Source of the DNA: Congzhengia sp.
GTDB taxonomy: Bacteria > Bacillota > Clostridia > UBA1381 > UBA9506
Assembly: GCA_045577195.1 (NCBI GenBank)
Contig: JAZNIA010000068.1
Location: 1 to 39,677, forward strand
Length of the DNA: 39,677 bases
Direction: 5' to 3'
Shown here: one piece after another, positions 36,795-39,677 of the stretch
How the letters are laid out: the number at the start of each line of letters is the position of its first letter
How positions within the stretch are numbered: position 1 is the stretch's first letter
Notes under the pieces: generated by a model
Database searches by the model: none
What the model was told of the DNA's origin: nothing
Seen by the model: only the letters and a program-made list of their open reading frames with translations
Translations under genes and position numbers: made by a program

Positions 36795-36823
36795 TTGACA
36801 AGTAAAAAAAAGTATGGTATCAT
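36795..36823 (+). promoter_or_regulatory. sigmaA promoter of infC-rpmI-rplT
   Basis: TTGACA-17bp-(TG-n)TATCAT. Confidence 0.85.
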
Positions 36824-36831
36824 ATCAAGGT

Positions 36832-36955
36832 ATGAAAGCAGAAGCTTGGCCGTTTCTCACCACAAAGCGCATAAAACAAGTCGCTGAAGTGGTCAACATT
36901 CCAACTTTATTTGTTGTGTTTATGTGAAGCGGGCAGATTTCTGTCCGCTTTTTAA
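36832..36955 (+). ncRNA. Ribosomal protein L20 leader
   Basis: AAGCAGAAG...TTCTCACC signature upstream of infC; terminator aagcgggcag/ctgtccgctt plus U-tract at 36927-36953. Confidence 0.85.
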
Positions 36956-36976
36956 ATTTTTTGGAGGTGTTTTTCC

Positions 36977-37498
36977 ATTAGTAAACAAGATTTGTTGATT
37001 AACGAAGAAATCAGGGTAAAAGAAGTCAGACTCGTAGGAACTGACGGTTCTCCCCTGGGTATCACATCCTCTGCCGACGCTTTGGAGCAGGCTTATGCAA
37101 AAAATATGGACCTGGTTCTCATTGCGCCGAAGGCCGAACCACCCGTGTGTAAAATCATGGACTACGGGAAGTACAAGTTCGAGCTTGCAAAACGTGACAA
37201 GGAAGCGAAGAAAAACCAGAAAGTGGTCTCTATCAAAGAAATCCGTCTTTCTCCGTCTATCGATAATCACGATTTTGAAACGAAGGCAAATCACGTCAAA
37301 AAGTTTTTGGCCAGTGGTGATAAGGTGAAAATCACTGTGCGTTTCCGCGGCCGCGAAGTACATCACAGTGCTCTAGGGCTCCAGCTTTTGGAGAGATTCA
37401 AGGAATACGTCGAGGACGTAGGTTCCGTGGATAAAGCGCCCAAGCTCGAGGGAAAAAACATGAGCATGGTCGTATCGCCAAAAGGAGCATCTAAATAA
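36977..37498 (+). CDS. infC: Translation initiation factor IF-3 (ATT start)
   Basis: GGAGGTG RBS then in-frame ATT at 36977; INEEIR, PPVCKIMDYGK, FRGRE, LEGKNM. Confidence 0.97.
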   Translation: MSKQDLLINEEIRVKEVRLVGTDGSPLGITSSADALEQAYAKNMDLVLIAPKAEPPVCKIMDYGKYKFELAKRDKEAKKNQKVVSIKEIRLSPSIDNHDFETKANHVKKFLASGDKVKITVRFRGREVHHSALGLQLLERFKEYVEDVGSVDKAPKLEGKNMSMVVSPKGASK

Positions 37499-37526
37499 AT
37501 AATATTTTCGGAAGGGGTAAATAAAC

Positions 37527-37724
37527 ATGCCTAAGATCAAAACACATAGAGCGAGTGCAAAAAGATTCAGAGTTACCAAAAACGGTAAAGTAAAAATGAA
37601 TCACGCTTACACAAGTCACATCCTGACAAAGAAATCCACAAAGAGAAAAAGAAACCTGAGAAAGGGTGCGTATGCGTCCAGCGCGAACTTAAAGACCATC
37701 AAAAAGATGATTCCTTATAAGTAA
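37527..37724 (+). CDS. rpmI: 50S ribosomal protein L35
   Basis: [14 protein letters not shown]...HILTKK. Confidence 0.97.
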   Translation: MPKIKTHRASAKRFRVTKNGKVKMNHAYTSHILTKKSTKRKRNLRKGAYASSANLKTIKKMIPYK

Positions 37725-37771
37725 GTCGCAATCCATTCAATCAGAAAATAATATTTTGGAGGTAACAAGAA

Positions 37772-38125
37772 ATGGCAAGAATTAAGGGCGCTGTCACCAC
37801 GCGCAAAAGACATAAAAGAATTTTAAAACTGGCAAAAGGCTATAGAGGTGCAAAAAGCAAGCAGTTCAGAACCGCAAAAGAAGCTGTTATGAAGTCTCTG
37901 GCTTACGCATACGTTGGCCGTAAATTAAGAAAGAGAAACTTCCGTCAGCTGTGGATTGCAAGAATCTCCGCTCAGGCAAAGATGAACGGCATGAACTATT
38001 CCACATTCATGAACGGTCTGAAAAAAGCAGGTATCGAAATGAACCGCAAAATGCTGGCTGAAATCGCAGTTTCCGACAAAGCAGCATTCGCAGCTTTGGT
38101 TGAAAAAGCAAAAGCAAGCTTATAA
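37772..38125 (+). CDS. rplT: 50S ribosomal protein L20
   Basis: MARIK...AKGYRG...[13 protein letters not shown]...NRKMLA. Confidence 0.98.
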   Translation: MARIKGAVTTRKRHKRILKLAKGYRGAKSKQFRTAKEAVMKSLAYAYVGRKLRKRNFRQLWIARISAQAKMNGMNYSTFMNGLKKAGIEMNRKMLAEIAVSDKAAFAALVEKAKASL

Positions 38126-38135
38126 GATACAAAGG

Positions 38136-38171
38136 AAGCTGTTGCGCGGAAAAACGCGCAACAGCTTTTTT
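38136..38171 (+). terminator. Intrinsic terminator after rplT
   Basis: aagctgttgcgcg / cgcgcaacagctt followed by a T-run. Confidence 0.88.
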
Positions 38172-38195
38172 CCATATTATTAGGAGGAACGTTTT

Positions 38196-39293
38196 ATGAA
38201 ACTCGGTATAGTCGGACTTCCAAACGTAGGTAAGTCCACCTTGTTTAACGCAATTACGCAGGCGGGCGCGGAATCTGCAAACTACCCGTTTTGTACCATT
38301 GAACCCAATGTGGGTATTGTTGCCGTTCCCGATGAACGGCTGGACGTATTGGCAAAGATGTACAACCCCCAGAAAGTAACCCATGCCGTGATTGAATTTG
38401 TAGACATTGCAGGTTTGGTGAAAGGCGCAAGCCGCGGCGAAGGCTTAGGAAACAAATTTCTTTCCCATATCCGCGAGGTTGACGCGATTGTACACGTGGT
38501 ACGTTGCTTCGACGATTCTAATATTATCCATGTTGAAGGCTCGGTTGACCCGATTCGCGACGTGGAAACCATCAACTTAGAGTTGATTTTTGCAGACCTG
38601 GAAATGGTGGAAAAGCGCCTGGACAAAACGCGCAAACTTATGAAATCTGGTGAGAAGAAGTATAAAATCGAGGCAGAAATTTTAGAAAAGCTGGTTACTC
38701 ACTTAGAGGGTGGAAAACCTGCTCGCTCCTTTGACCTGAGCGAAGAGGAACAGGAAATCGTAAAAGAAATTGATCTTTTAACTTTAAAACCTGTGCTGTA
38801 TGCAGCAAATGTTGGGGAGGACGATTTCCTAAACGGAATAGAAAACAATGACTTTGTCGTTCGTTTAGAAAAGGTTGCAGAAGCAGAAGGGGCAGAGGTG
38901 ATGCCGATTTCTGCAAAAATTGAAGAGGACATTGCTGCGCTTGAACCGGAAGAAAAGGGTGAATACATGCAGGAGCTTGGAATCAGCGAATCCGGTCTTG
39001 ACCGTTTGGTTAAAAAGAGTTATAAGCTTCTAGGCTTAATCAGCTACCTGACCGCGGGAGAGCCGGAGGTGCGTGCATGGACCATTACCAACGGCACAAA
39101 AGCACCCCAGGCAGCGGGCAAAATCCATACAGATTTTGAAAAAGGCTTTATCCGCGCAGAAGTTGTACATTTTGATGATTTGATTGCCTGTGGAACCTAT
39201 GCTGCAGCAAGAGAAAAAGGATTGGTGCGCTCGGAAGGCAAAGAATATGTGATGAACGACGGAGACATTGTGCTGTTCCGATTTAATGTGTAA
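38196..39293 (+). CDS. ychF: Redox-regulated ATPase YchF
   Basis: GLPNVGKST, ANYPFCTIEPN, DIAGLVKGA, TGS domain ending FRFNV. Confidence 0.98.
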   Translation: MKLGIVGLPNVGKSTLFNAITQAGAESANYPFCTIEPNVGIVAVPDERLDVLAKMYNPQKVTHAVIEFVDIAGLVKGASRGEGLGNKFLSHIREVDAIVHVVRCFDDSNIIHVEGSVDPIRDVETINLELIFADLEMVEKRLDKTRKLMKSGEKKYKIEAEILEKLVTHLEGGKPARSFDLSEEEQEIVKEIDLLTLKPVLYAANVGEDDFLNGIENNDFVVRLEKVAEAEGAEVMPISAKIEEDIAALEPEEKGEYMQELGISESGLDRLVKKSYKLLGLISYLTAGEPEVRAWTITNGTKAPQAAGKIHTDFEKGFIRAEVVHFDDLIACGTYAAAREKGLVRSEGKEYVMNDGDIVLFRFNV

Positions 39294-39311
39294 AAACCAA
39301 TTGTAAATTTA

Positions 39312-39346
39312 AGGGGATATGACACTTATTAAATGTCATATCCCCT
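39312..39346. terminator. Terminator hairpin between convergent ychF and RHH gene
   Basis: aggggatatgaca / tgtcatatcccct 13-bp inverted repeat. Confidence 0.75.
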
Positions 39347-39364
39347 GTCTTTGTTCAAAGCGAC

Positions 39365-39553
39365 CTATTCGTTAATTTCCACATCATCAACGGAGTTTTC
39401 AAGTATAATGTTAATGAGTTCGTTGCGCGAACGATTGCTTTTTGCAGCTAAGTCGTCTATTTTCTCTAATGTTCCTTCCTTGATGCGCACAGATATAACC
39501 CTGTAGCCATCTTCTCCTTTTTTATTAATTCTAATGATATTGTTCGCCATCAT
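39365..39553 (-). CDS. CopG/ribbon-helix-helix transcriptional regulator
   Basis: VISVRI strand followed by two helices (SNRSRNELI); AAGGAG RBS; start ATG 39553 or 39550. Confidence 0.8.
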   Translation of the reverse strand: MMANNIIRINKKGEDGYRVISVRIKEGTLEKIDDLAAKSNRSRNELINIILENSVDDVEINE

Positions 39554-39677
39554 AATCACTCCTTGTTATCATTATAATATGGCGGAATACATTAGAATAT
39601 ATTCAAAATATATTTAATCTGGCTTAACAACAGGGAAAAGTATATGCTAAAATGAAAGCAGAAGGTAGTAAGTCATC

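Noticed and set aside
39652-39664. 13-mer atgaaagcagaag identical to the start of the L20 leader (36832-36844)
   Set aside because: The following bases diverge and the window ends; most likely chance, cannot be evaluated here

Overview
Core-chromosome segment of a Clostridia-type Firmicute (sigmaA promoters, T-box, SLH domains, L20 leader; about 45-50% GC by eye, AT-rich left end). Left: an AT-rich partial ORF, then a perfect sigmaA promoter and a complete T-box riboswitch with a Val (GUA) specifier controlling a lone AMP-forming acyl-CoA synthetase in which three conserved ATP-site glycines are Cys; then a ~245-bp highly structured MITE-like element and a secreted polysaccharide deacetylase with 31-aa repeats. 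Middle, minus strand, ~13.7 kb: GT-C-like membrane protein, tagA, era, recO, TIGR03960/TIGR03936 radical-SAM pair, rsmB, rlmN, stp, pknB, rsgA, rpe, thiN; then an orphan ABC exporter. Plus strand: ddl, murI, DUF1934, argS, S41 protease, M23 hydrolase, S41 protease, fused double GT-C/PMT glycosyltransferase, rlmB, ROK kinase. Right: iron-sulfur flavoprotein and SLH surface protein (minus), L20 leader, infC (ATT start), rpmI, rplT, ychF and a small RHH regulator. No rRNA, tRNA, CRISPR array, transposase or phage gene seen. Best candidate for an undescribed system: a valine-starvation-induced acyl-CoA ligase, possibly for branched-chain fatty acid salvage into valine, with a CxxC P-loop. All calls come from motif recognition by eye; no database search was run.
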